From assembly GCA_963713605.1 (NCBI GenBank), contig CAVQMO010000010.1, positions 672,001 to 736,000 on the forward strand: a DNA stretch of 64,000 nucleotides, written 5' to 3'. Below the pieces are notes generated by a model. The model had not been told where the DNA came from and made no database searches. It saw only the letters and a program-made list of their open reading frames with translations. Made by a program: the position numbers and the translations under genes. How positions within the stretch are numbered: the first letter of the stretch is position 1; every line of letters begins with the position of its first letter. Below are positions 42,536-52,203 of the stretch, piece after piece. This DNA is from an uncultured Nitrososphaerales archaeon. Lineage in GTDB: Archaea; Thermoproteota; Nitrososphaeria; Nitrososphaerales; Nitrososphaeraceae.

Positions 42536-42717
42536 TTTTCGAAAATGGACCAAGCAGTAATTTAAGTTACACTTTGGAATAAAGCAGATTAATGAATACT
42601 TTAGACGCACATTCAACTATCTTTCGCGTTCCATTCTAACACAAAAGAGAGAGGTGAGCCCAATTAATTAATAAAGGTTGCTCGATGGACAGATATTTCG
42701 TGCTAAATGTCACGAAG

Positions 42718-43320
42718 TCAGCAAGTAGGTTTGGTTGCCGAGATTATCAGAACTGGATTTCTTGCCAACATCATGGTCCCGGTCGCGACTTTCCTTGATT
42801 TTGAAATTGTGACTTGTGTCACATCTACCTCTTCAAGATTAGCACTATAAATTGTGGACAATGCTTCATACGCCGATTCTATTAGAATGGTATTAATAAC
42901 TAACCGGCCGTCCGTTTGCAATTTCGATATTCCCATTTCGATAATCTTTCTTGTATTGCTCCATGTCCCCCCCACAACTATAGAATTTGCCTGTGGAAGC
43001 CTGGGCAGCGCAACTTGCGCATCAGATAAGATGACCTCTGCTTTAAATCCAAATCGACTCAAATTCAGCCTTGTTAATTCTACTGCCTTTTCATCAAAAT
43101 CTATTGCGTAGGTTACTCCTCCCCTGATCTGATTGCAGATTTCAACAGTCAAGCTACCGCTACCACAACCAACATCAATTGCGGTAAAACCTTCCTTCAG
43201 CCTCATCTTGCTTATTGTTATTGCTCTAACTTCTTCCTTTGTTATGGGCACCTGCTCGGATCTTTCGAACAGCTCGTCAGGGATCCCTGGGGTATCATAT
43301 TTCCAACGTAAATTTGCCAA
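42718..43320 (-). CDS. cbiT: Cobalt-precorrin-6B C15-methyltransferase (decarboxylating)
   Basis: PGIPDELF, PITKEEVRA, DVGCGSGS, ARNPV. Confidence 0.93.
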   Translation of the reverse strand: MANLRWKYDTPGIPDELFERSEQVPITKEEVRAITISKMRLKEGFTAIDVGCGSGSLTVEICNQIRGGVTYAIDFDEKAVELTRLNLSRFGFKAEVILSDAQVALPRLPQANSIVVGGTWSNTRKIIEMGISKLQTDGRLVINTILIESAYEALSTIYSANLEEVDVTQVTISKSRKVATGTMMLARNPVLIISATKPTC

Positions 43321-43342
43321 GATTTTGGCATTTTCCCCTATT

Positions 43343-43678
43343 TTAATGTGCGAGACCTTGATGCAATCCTGTGTAAATAAAGATCATAAACATCAAAAGG
43401 AGGAAAATAAAGGGGAAAATGCCATTGGTTGCAAGCTTTCTCCTTTGTGGCTTCTGAACTGTTCGGCCAATCTTCTTAGATATACCATACGATAATAAAT
43501 AAAAGAACAGACCGATGAGAATGACAATGCCTATCACTGTCCCTTGGTCAGTACCTGGTACTATGACCAGGCCGGCAATTACTCCTCCAATGACACCAAG
43601 TACCGCACGCATGTAATAAATTTTATCGAACATTTCCATTCTATCGACTAGGTACAATACGATTATTACAGTCTTCAA
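43343..43678 (-). CDS. Three-TM membrane protein, EMC6/Rab5ip-like
   Basis: KIYYMRAVLGVIGGVIAG...FYLLSY...KLATNGIFPFIFLLL...IFIY pattern. The true start is probably an internal Met (MEMFDK). Confidence 0.6.
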   Translation of the reverse strand: MKTVIIVLYLVDRMEMFDKIYYMRAVLGVIGGVIAGLVIVPGTDQGTVIGIVILIGLFFYLLSYGISKKIGRTVQKPQRRKLATNGIFPFIFLLLMFMIFIYTGLHQGLAH

Positions 43679-43724
43679 GCATCCTGGTTTAATTCCTTAC
43701 GGTTTGCGTGGAAAAGTGTTATAA

Positions 43725-45764
43725 TTGGTTGTTGGTAGAGTCACGATGAAGGTCATGGAACTATCGGGTCTTGAATTACATTGCCTAATTGAAGATATCA
43801 ATCAGAAGTTAAATCAAGGATATTACGTGGGCGCTATATCCAGTATTTCACGATATTCGTTTTCCCTGAAAATGCGCCACCCTAATCTTTCTGATGTAAT
43901 GGTGGTACTTTCTACAGCTGGAATATGGATGACGAGGATGAACTTCCGTACTTTCGAAGATAGTCCAATTACTAGTAGTATGAAATCAGAGATAGAGAGA
44001 GCAAAGTTCGAGGGTATTGAACAGGTAGGGGATGAGCGTGTAGTCTATCTCAAGTTTAGACATCTTGACGGCCGTTTGAGAATCATAATAGCCGAATTCT
44101 TTCGTAAGGGAAACGTAATTGTGTGCGACGAAAACAATGTGATAATTACAATTTTGAATCCGGTTGAGGTTAGACATAGGATACTTAGAACTGGTATGAC
44201 TTACCAGTCACCTCCGCCCAGAGGCATTAACATATTTGATCTCTCAGTCAGTGATTTATTGGAATTGCGTGAGAAGGAGAAGGATCATAACATGGAAGTT
44301 GAGAAGTGGCTTGGCAGGAATATCTCGCTATCAAAAAAATATATCGAAGAAATAGTTGCCAGGGCCAAAATGAAGCATAGGAGATTAAGCGATACAACCC
44401 GAGAAGACATAGAAATAATCTTTGAATTGACCAGAAAGCTTGTATTTGACATATGTAATCCGTTAACGCATGAACCATTAGTGGTTTTAGACAATGCGGG
44501 ACGACCAATCAGCGTTATACCCTTTCGGCTAGAATCAATATCAGGGGGCGTGGAATATGTTCCTCATGAAACTCTGATGGAGGCTGTAGATGCTGTTTTT
44601 AGTAAACTGTTGACAGAAGAGGGTTCAAGCACACGTACGATTGAATTAGATAACAAAATTGATGTTCTAGAACATGACTACAGCCAACAGAATCAAGCCG
44701 AGTCACAAGTGATTGAGAAATCCAATGCAATTAGGAAATTGGCACAGGAATTTATGACGCTTCCTAATACTGTGACTAACATCCAAGACAAGTTACTATC
44801 TTCTGTTCTAGAGAAAAACTCCTCGAAGATCGTTACCATCGCTGGTAGAAAATTTCTTGAGATAGTCGATGAATCCATACCATTCGATCCACGCCTGCCA
44901 AGAACCTCCTCCTTACTATTTGACAGAGCAAAAGAATTAGAAAGGGGTTGTCAATCGATACGAAATGCAAAATCTAGACTAGTTGACCAAATTGAGGATC
45001 TAAGGCGAAAGGCTGATCTACTCCAAAAGAAAGCTGCAGTAAAACTCCAAGTTGAAAAAGAATGGTTTGAGAGATACAGGTGGTTTATAGGCAGTGAGGG
45101 GATTTTGTGCATCGGAGGAAGAGATGCTTCATCTAATTCCGCAATTATACGGAAGCACTTAACGGATCAAGACTTGGTATTTCATGCGGAAGTCCATGGA
45201 TCGCCGTTCTTTGTTCTCAAGAATGTACCGAGCAATGGCGCTGAGCAACTTCAAACAAGCCTATCGGAAGCCGCTCAGGCAACTGTATCGTTTAGTAGGG
45301 CTTGGAAGGATGGATTATCAGTTGCTGACGCTTATTGGGTCATTCCAGATCAGGTAAAGAAAGGCGCTCCCACTGGCCAGTTTCTGCCCAAAGGTTCCTT
45401 TGTCATACAAGGAAAGAGGAACTATGTCAAGGGTGTGGAAATTAAGTTGGCTTTGGGTGTGATAATCTTGGAAAAAAGATATGCCCTAATGTGTGGTCCT
45501 CAGGATGCGGTGAAAAAAAAATCAATTGCATATTGTGTACTTTTGCCAGGGGGAAACAATCCAACTAATATGGCTAAAAAATTTAAGCAGGAAATGGTGA
45601 GAATATGTACTGACGTTTCTGAAGAGTTCAAGGACCTTCTAGAGTACCTTAAGTCGATTTCAATTGACGAGATTGTTAAGACCATTCCCCACGGACAATC
45701 AAAGATTTTGATTACAAAAAAAGGCGATCTTCTAACCCAATCGATAGAAGAATTGCATTCCTAA
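43725..45764 (+). CDS. rqcH: Ribosome quality control factor Rqc2/NEMF (NFACT family)
   Basis: QVGDERVV, AEFFRKGNVI, WFERYRWF, IGGRDASSN, FHAEVHGSP, FSRAWK, GQFLPKGSFVIQGKRNY. Confidence 0.92.
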   Translation: MVVGRVTMKVMELSGLELHCLIEDINQKLNQGYYVGAISSISRYSFSLKMRHPNLSDVMVVLSTAGIWMTRMNFRTFEDSPITSSMKSEIERAKFEGIEQVGDERVVYLKFRHLDGRLRIIIAEFFRKGNVIVCDENNVIITILNPVEVRHRILRTGMTYQSPPPRGINIFDLSVSDLLELREKEKDHNMEVEKWLGRNISLSKKYIEEIVARAKMKHRRLSDTTREDIEIIFELTRKLVFDICNPLTHEPLVVLDNAGRPISVIPFRLESISGGVEYVPHETLMEAVDAVFSKLLTEEGSSTRTIELDNKIDVLEHDYSQQNQAESQVIEKSNAIRKLAQEFMTLPNTVTNIQDKLLSSVLEKNSSKIVTIAGRKFLEIVDESIPFDPRLPRTSSLLFDRAKELERGCQSIRNAKSRLVDQIEDLRRKADLLQKKAAVKLQVEKEWFERYRWFIGSEGILCIGGRDASSNSAIIRKHLTDQDLVFHAEVHGSPFFVLKNVPSNGAEQLQTSLSEAAQATVSFSRAWKDGLSVADAYWVIPDQVKKGAPTGQFLPKGSFVIQGKRNYVKGVEIKLALGVIILEKRYALMCGPQDAVKKKSIAYCVLLPGGNNPTNMAKKFKQEMVRICTDVSEEFKDLLEYLKSISIDEIVKTIPHGQSKILITKKGDLLTQSIEELHS

Positions 45765-45911
45765 TTAAAAGCGCTAAACAATTGCTAGTCATGTCAAACT
45801 TTCAAAAATGCAAACTGACAATTTCAGTTTCTAGCAAAGTAATTAAGTAAATCATAGTCTTCATCTATTGTGGCCGAAAGGGATTCCATAAGCAAGCACC
45901 GAGATGCAAAT

Positions 45912-46460
45912 ATGACTACTAGGGTTCTTGTAAGAGATATTATGAATAGTACCGTTGTTTCTTGTCATCCCGACGACTCGGTGAATGAAATCGCCAGGAA
46001 AATGAAGGACGAGAAAATAGGCAGCATAGTGATCATGAGAAATGAAAATCCGGTAGGGATAGTTACAGATTGGGACATAGTTACGAATACGGTTGTACAG
46101 GATGTCAAGCCTAGCATGATGAAAGGATCTGACATTATGAAACAGCTTTATACTATTGAAGGGGAAGAAAGTGTTACCGAAGCAGCTCGGCAGCTGAGGC
46201 AAAAAAATATCAAGAGATTGGGTGTGGTCTATAAAGGAAGGCTTGTTGGCATTATTTCTGCGTCAGACGTTATCGCCGTAACTCCAGAGCTGGTAGACGT
46301 AGTGTCCGAGAAGGCGTCGCTGATAAGAGGGGAGATTGGCCGGCCCATAGGCAATGTATCAGGGTATTGCGATGAATGTGGCGAATGGTCTGATTTGCTG
46401 CAGTACGTTCAAGGAACTTTTAATTGTGAAGAGTGTAGAGGCGAAGCAGCAGCCGTATAG
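45912..46460 (+). CDS. CBS-pair protein with C-terminal zinc ribbon
   Basis: VRDIM...GIVTDWDI, GIISASDV, GYCDECGE...CEEC. Confidence 0.9.
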   Translation: MTTRVLVRDIMNSTVVSCHPDDSVNEIARKMKDEKIGSIVIMRNENPVGIVTDWDIVTNTVVQDVKPSMMKGSDIMKQLYTIEGEESVTEAARQLRQKNIKRLGVVYKGRLVGIISASDVIAVTPELVDVVSEKASLIRGEIGRPIGNVSGYCDECGEWSDLLQYVQGTFNCEECRGEAAAV

Positions 46461-46956
46461 AGATCTAGCCTTTTTTGCCGACTCGATGCATGGAAGTCTG
46501 GCTCGGAAGCTTAGGATATTCGGAATGGATACCGCCTATAGTAGTTCGATTTCCGATGAACAATTACTCAGGGATTGTAGCGACCAACGACGAATTCTTT
46601 TAACATCTGATAAAGAATTATTCAAGAGATCTTTGAATAAAAGAATCGGGAGTGTACTTTTGCAAGGTCATTCAGACAAGGAAAATATGTTAAAAATCTT
46701 TGGAGAATGCAACATCAGGGAGATACTGTTTGATTCGGCATTTGCAAGATGTCCCACATGCAATCTGGAACTCGAGAAAAAAGAGAGAGGAGAGATAGAT
46801 CACCAAAACAACTTAATCCCTCCAAAATCTTATCTCCTTTATTCTCATTTTTATCAATGTAGTAGATGCAGGAAAATCTACTGGGAAGGGAGTCATAAAC
46901 CAGCGCTAGTTTCTCTAGCCGAATCGGTTACTCAAGAATTGTACAGGATATCTTGA
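46354..46956 (+). CDS. Mut7-C RNase domain protein (DUF82); true start probably near 46460
   Basis: FADSMHGSLARKLRIFGMDT, RILLTSDKEL, RCPTCN, CSRCRKIYWEGSH. Confidence 0.88.
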   Translation: MYQGIAMNVANGLICCSTFKELLIVKSVEAKQQPYRDLAFFADSMHGSLARKLRIFGMDTAYSSSISDEQLLRDCSDQRRILLTSDKELFKRSLNKRIGSVLLQGHSDKENMLKIFGECNIREILFDSAFARCPTCNLELEKKERGEIDHQNNLIPPKSYLLYSHFYQCSRCRKIYWEGSHKPALVSLAESVTQELYRIS

Positions 46957-47077
46957 TCTACTTAATTGATCAAACTTTCGTTTACTATATTCATGATTCT
47001 CAGTAACATGTAGGCCAATGATTGCGTAAAATTAGGAAAAGGTTAAAATCACGTATGCCGAAGAACTTCAGACCATA

Positions 47078-47689
47078 ATGAGTTCATCCTTGCCGCTAGA
47101 GAGGACTATTGACAAGGTTTTATCACAAAAGGAGAGTGAATTAATTTCAAAGTTAGATTCCGCCTATCAGGAATCACTGAAGAATCTAGAATCTTCTAAA
47201 AGTAAACTCAATTCTGAATACATGGCAATACTTGAAAATGCAAAGAAGCAGGCTGAAAATCTCAAGAGGCAGATCGTTGGTTCAAGTAGGCTCTCTGCAA
47301 GGAACAATCAGCTCATCCTAGTAGAGGATTCAGTCAAAACCGTTTTCGAGATGGCAAGGAAGAGATTGTTATCCCTGCACAAGGAACCGGATTATGAAAA
47401 GCTGATGAAGCAAGCCTTATTAAATAGTCTCAACGAAATCGGAAAGAACGACCTTATTATTGAATGTAACAAGACTGACTCTGGTTTGGTACGAAAACTT
47501 GTGGATTTCATTAACAAAGAAAAGGGAACAAAGCTGGCTGTGGCAGATAAGAATATTGACATCTTAGGAGGCATACGTGCCACGTCATCAGATGGAACAC
47601 TGACCTATGATGATTCTATTGATTCTAGAATAGAACGGCTCAAACCTTTAATAAGGAAACACATTGTCCAAATCTTGAGAAGGGAGTGA
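47078..47689 (+). CDS. atpE: A-type ATP synthase subunit E
   Basis: Long charged helix followed by ILGGIRATSSDG..YDDSIDSR; directly upstream of atpA. Confidence 0.9.
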   Translation: MSSSLPLERTIDKVLSQKESELISKLDSAYQESLKNLESSKSKLNSEYMAILENAKKQAENLKRQIVGSSRLSARNNQLILVEDSVKTVFEMARKRLLSLHKEPDYEKLMKQALLNSLNEIGKNDLIIECNKTDSGLVRKLVDFINKEKGTKLAVADKNIDILGGIRATSSDGTLTYDDSIDSRIERLKPLIRKHIVQILRRE

Positions 47690-47698
47690 AAGAGAAAG

Positions 47699-49489
47699 TT
47701 GGTCTCAAAAGGTAAAATAGTCTGGGTGAGCGGTCCAGCGGTCAGGGCCGACGGTATGTCATCTACTAAGATGTACGAAACAGTTGAGGTAGGTGAATCT
47801 AAACTAATCGGTGAAGTCATTAGACTTACCGGAGACGTAGCATTTATTCAGGTTTATGAGACAACCTCAGGTCTGAGACCTGGAGAACCTGTAGTTGGAA
47901 CAGGTCAACCACTATCCGTTACTCTTGGTCCAGGGATTATTGGCCAGATCTATGATGGGATACAAAGGCCATTAGGTGAAATGGCGAAGAAATCAGGCGA
48001 TTTCATCGGAAGGGGAATCGCAACAACACCAATAGATCTAAAGAAGAAGTACAAGTTTATTCCAGCGGTAAAGAAAGGAGATAATATTACTGGTGGTTCC
48101 ATTCTAGGCACGGTGGATGAAACCCCCTTGCTTACTCATAGCATTCTTGTGCCTCCAAATCATCGTGGAGGGGTGATAACTAACATGGTTGGTGAAGGTG
48201 AATATGACTTGGAACAAGTTTTGGCTGAGACACAAAAAGATGGTGGCTTTCAAACAGAACTAAAGATGTACCACAAATGGCCAGTTCGACATCCTAGACC
48301 TTACACCGCAAGATATGATCCTACAGTGCCTCTTGTCACCGGCCAGCGCATTATTGACACATATTTTCCCATCGCAAAGGGAGGGACCGGAGCCATTCCT
48401 GGTGGTTTTGGAACTGGCAAGACTGTAACACTACATCAGATAGCAAAATGGGCTGATTCAAAAGTTGTCGTTTACATTGGATGTGGCGAACGTGGAAATG
48501 AAATGACCGAGGTATTGGTGGAATTTCCTCACCTTCTTGACCCGCGTTCAGGCAGGCCATTGATGGAAAGAACAGTTCTCGTAGCGAACACTAGTAATAT
48601 GCCCGTGGCCGCCCGGGAAGCTTCTATTTACACAGGTGTGACTATTGCCGAGTATTACCGTGACATGGGTTTTGACACTGTCCTGGTCGCTGATTCCACA
48701 AGTCGGTGGGCTGAAGCTTTGAGAGAAATGTCAGGACGACTTGAAGAGATGCCTGCTGAAGAAGGTTATCCTTCTTACCTTGCGTCAAGGTTAGCCGAAT
48801 TTTATGAACGTGCTGGGCGAGTTAGGTCTTTGGGTCTGCCAGAAAGAAGCGGATCCGTGACACTGATAGGAGCTGTGTCTCCTTCAGGAGCCGATTTCAC
48901 GGAGCCCGTGACTACACATACCATCAGGTTCATCAAGACGTTCTGGGCGCTGGATACGAGACTTGCATACTCAAGGCATTATCCTTCGATTAACTGGATG
49001 CAGTCCTATTCGGGGTACTTGGAGGATGTTGCCAAGTGGTGGAAGGAGAACGTGAGCAGTGAATGGTTTGAGTTGAGAGGAGAGTCATATCACATTTTGC
49101 AGAGAGAGGATACGCTAAAAGAAATCGTGAGGCTTCTTGGACCGGAAGCGCTTCCTGACGAAGAAAAACTTATCTTAGAAGTTGCACGAATGATAAAAAT
49201 AGGAATTATTCCAGCAAAATTCCTTCGACACGGTTGATACCTATTGTAGTCCACAAAAGCAGGTGAAATTAGTCAAGCTAATGGTCAGATTTTACAAGGA
49301 GGCACTTAAGGCCTTAAGAGAGGGAACTTCCCTAGCCGATATAAGGGCAATGCGAATAATTACTCCCTATTAAAAGCAAAGTTTGAGATTCCTGACGAGG
49401 AGGTACAGCGACTAGACGGCCTCGAAAACGAAATGAATGAGCAGTTTAAAAAACTGCAAAGTAAAGAAGAGGTAAAAGTGGTTGTCTGA
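47699..49489 (+). CDS. atpA: A-type ATP synthase subunit A; frameshift near 49205
   Basis: Walker [40 protein letters not shown]. The C-terminus continues in a shifted frame ([13 protein letters not shown]...KVVV*). Confidence 0.97.
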
Positions 49490-50872
49490 ATCAGCTGCCA
49501 TCGAATATACTAAAATAGCCGAAATTAAAGGTCCTCTCATAATCATTGATGGGATCACTAAGGCGTCCTTCGATGAGCTAGTTGAAATCGAGACTTCAGA
49601 TTCCGACAGAAGACTCGGCAGAGTGCTCGAAGTCGGCCACGGAAAGGCTGTGGTGCAGGTATTTGAAGGTACTACGGGCCTAGCGATCAGTGGAACGAAA
49701 GCTAAATTCTTGGGTAGAACCATGACTATGCCAGTTTCTCCGGAACTCTTAGGTAGGGTATTCGATGGACTCGGCCGGCCTAATGACGGTCTCCCCGATC
49801 CTATAGCGGAGAAATTCCTCGATGTAAACGGGGAGCCAATGAACCCTGAACGAAGGGAATATCCTACCTCATTCATACAAACAGGGGTCTCTGTAATTGA
49901 CGGTATGCTTACGCTCGTCCGTGGCCAGAAACTTCCGATATTCTCTGGCTCCGGAATGCCACATAACATTGTGGCCAGCCCAAATAGCTAGGCAGGCAGC
50001 TGTTGTAGGAACAAAAGAAGATTTTGCCGTAGTCTTCGCAGACCATTGGAGTTCAATATTCGGAGGCTCAATACTTTAAACGAAGTCTCGAAGAGTCTGG
50101 CGCCCTGAGACGAAGCGTATTATTTCTTAATCTAGCAGATGATCCTGCCATCGAGCGAATCATAACCCCTAGGGTAGCTCTTACTGTAGCCGAATATCTG
50201 GCCTTTGAATTGGGAATGCATGTGCTAGCGGTATTGACAGACATGACTAACTATGCTGAGGCATTACGTGAAATTAGCGCTGCAAGAGAAGAAGTCCCTG
50301 GAAGGAAAGGATATCCAGGCTATCTGTACACCGATTTGGCAAACAACTACGAGCGTGCTGGGCGTATACGAGGCAAAAATGGCAGTGTAACTCAGGTGCC
50401 GATACTATCCATGCCCGCTGATGATATAACGCACCCTATTCCGGATCTTACTGGTTACATTACTGAAGGTCAAATAGTGTTAGGAAGAGATCTCTTCCGA
50501 AAAGGCGTGTATCCGCCTGTGAACGTTCTCATGTCCCTTTCAAGACTTATGAAAGACGGTGTTGGGGAGGGAAAAACGAGATCGGATCACATGGAAGTTG
50601 GTAATCAGCTATACGATGCTTATTCTCGAGCTCAAGAAGTAAGGGCTCTTGCTGAAATCGTAGGAAGATCAGGACTGACCGGCGTAGACCTCAAGTATTT
50701 GGATGCAGGCGATATGTTTGAGAATCATTTTCTAAAACAAGGACAAGACGAGAATAGGGGATTAGAAGAGACACTTTCAAGGGCATGGGACATACTCTCA
50801 ACTTTACCAGAGGGAGAGCTCACGAAGATAAAAGAAAAGCATGTGAGACAATACTACAAGGAGACAAAATGA
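49482..50872 (+). CDS. atpB: A-type ATP synthase subunit B; frameshifts near 49978 and 50040
   Basis: [54 protein letters not shown]. Confidence 0.96.
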
Positions 50873-50882
50873 ACTTTTAATC

Positions 50883-51522
50883 ATGTCATTTGGGGGAAGG
50901 GTTACTGCTACAAAGATTGAACTAATCAAGATCCGTCGTTCCATGCAGGTAGGAAAGATGGTTCACAAGATCCTTGATGATAAACGGGAGGTTCTGTTAA
51001 AAAAGATAGACGAAATGATCGAGGAGGCTAACAAGGCCAGAGGGGACATCTGGTCACCATTAGCGGAGATCTACTCTGCCGTATATGATTCCTACATGTC
51101 CCTTGGAACAACAACGCTAGAATCAATTGCTGATTCTACTCCCAGTATCATGGAGGTTGAAGTAAATGTACGTAGAGTTGTGGACGTAAGGATCCCGACT
51201 CTCCACGTTAGCAATAAACAGGGGGGGCAGGAATTATCGTATGGTTTCGTGGAAACCAACGCTTCGGTAGATAAAGGAGCGAAACTAATAAAGAATATAC
51301 TCCCACAAATTTGCAAAGCGAGCCGAATACGAGAATGCAATATTTAGTTTAGCAAAGGAACTCGAGAGAACTCAGAAGTTGATTAACGCGTTGGAGTACG
51401 TGATAATTCCACAGTATGAGAATGCGATAGCATTTATCCGGGCTACTCTCGAAGAACGAGAAAGAGAAGATTTCGTGAGACTCAAAAAAGTTAAAGCAGT
51501 ACTAGAAAGGAAAAAGCTTTAA
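50883..51522 (+). CDS. atpD: A-type ATP synthase subunit D; frameshift near 51320
   Basis: ATKIELIK...ILDDKREVL; shifted frame gives ELERTQKLINALEYVIIP...LEEREREDFVRLKKVK. Confidence 0.93.
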
Positions 51523-51556
51523 TACTGTCGGGATTGTTTTGGGAACTCATCGGGAA

Positions 51557-51688
51557 ATGAGCGAGAATATTATCACAAGCTTTTTCGAGGAATCAAGAGA
51601 TGTTCTCAAGAAAGAATATGAAACTATGGTAGAGCAAACGAAAGTGATGCTTGGTGAATGTAAACGCAAAGCACTCTCCAAAATATAG
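51557..51688 (+). CDS. 43-aa charged helical protein within the ATP synthase cluster
   Basis: Manual translation MSENIITSFFEESRDVLKKEYETMVEQTKVMLGECKRKALSKI, between atpD and atpK. Confidence 0.55.
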   Translation: MSENIITSFFEESRDVLKKEYETMVEQTKVMLGECKRKALSKI

Positions 51689-51800
51689 TTCATTTATCCT
51701 GGTTTCTTGGTTAGTAACAATCCTTTGTAATTCTTTTTAATATATAGAATTATCCGTTTGCCGAGATATCATTAAATAGGGCGTCCCATCTCGAACCCCT

Positions 51801-52139
51801 ATGAAGAAAGGAAAGGGAGGACGTATTTTTATCCCGGTTATCGTGGCTCTGACCACAATAACTTTCATAACCGTAAGTTCCATGGGGTCTATAGCACATG
51901 CTCAGGAAGAGGCTGCTGCTGGTGATGCAAGCTCGTTCAAATTGATAGGTGCAGGAATGGCGTTTGGTTTGGCCGCTCTTGGCGCGGGTATCGGACTTGG
52001 TTACGTTGGAGCTGCCGGCTTAGCAGCAATTAGCGATAATCCTAAAATGCAGTCCAGGGTTTTCATCATTGTAGGTATGGTAGAGTCAATTGCAATTTAC
52101 GGAATCGTCATGATGTTCATCATACTCGGTCAAGCGTGA
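51801..52139 (+). CDS. atpK: A-type ATP synthase subunit K (c, proteolipid), single hairpin with N-terminal signal-like extension
   Basis: GAGMAFGLAALGAGIGLG...P...VGMVESIAIYG carries the essential Glu; AHA-Q cleavage-like site. Confidence 0.94.
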   Translation: MKKGKGGRIFIPVIVALTTITFITVSSMGSIAHAQEEAAAGDASSFKLIGAGMAFGLAALGAGIGLGYVGAAGLAAISDNPKMQSRVFIIVGMVESIAIYGIVMMFIILGQA

Positions 52140-52203
52140 CCTAAATCAGGAGATTCCTGATCGGCGCCTCTATCTGAGAGGATAACGGATGGACTGGGAC
52201 TAA

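Noticed and set aside
34006..45764. Pelota and RqcH as a ribosome-rescue cluster
   Set aside because: They are about 9 kb apart among unrelated core genes; both are ordinary archaeal housekeeping genes.
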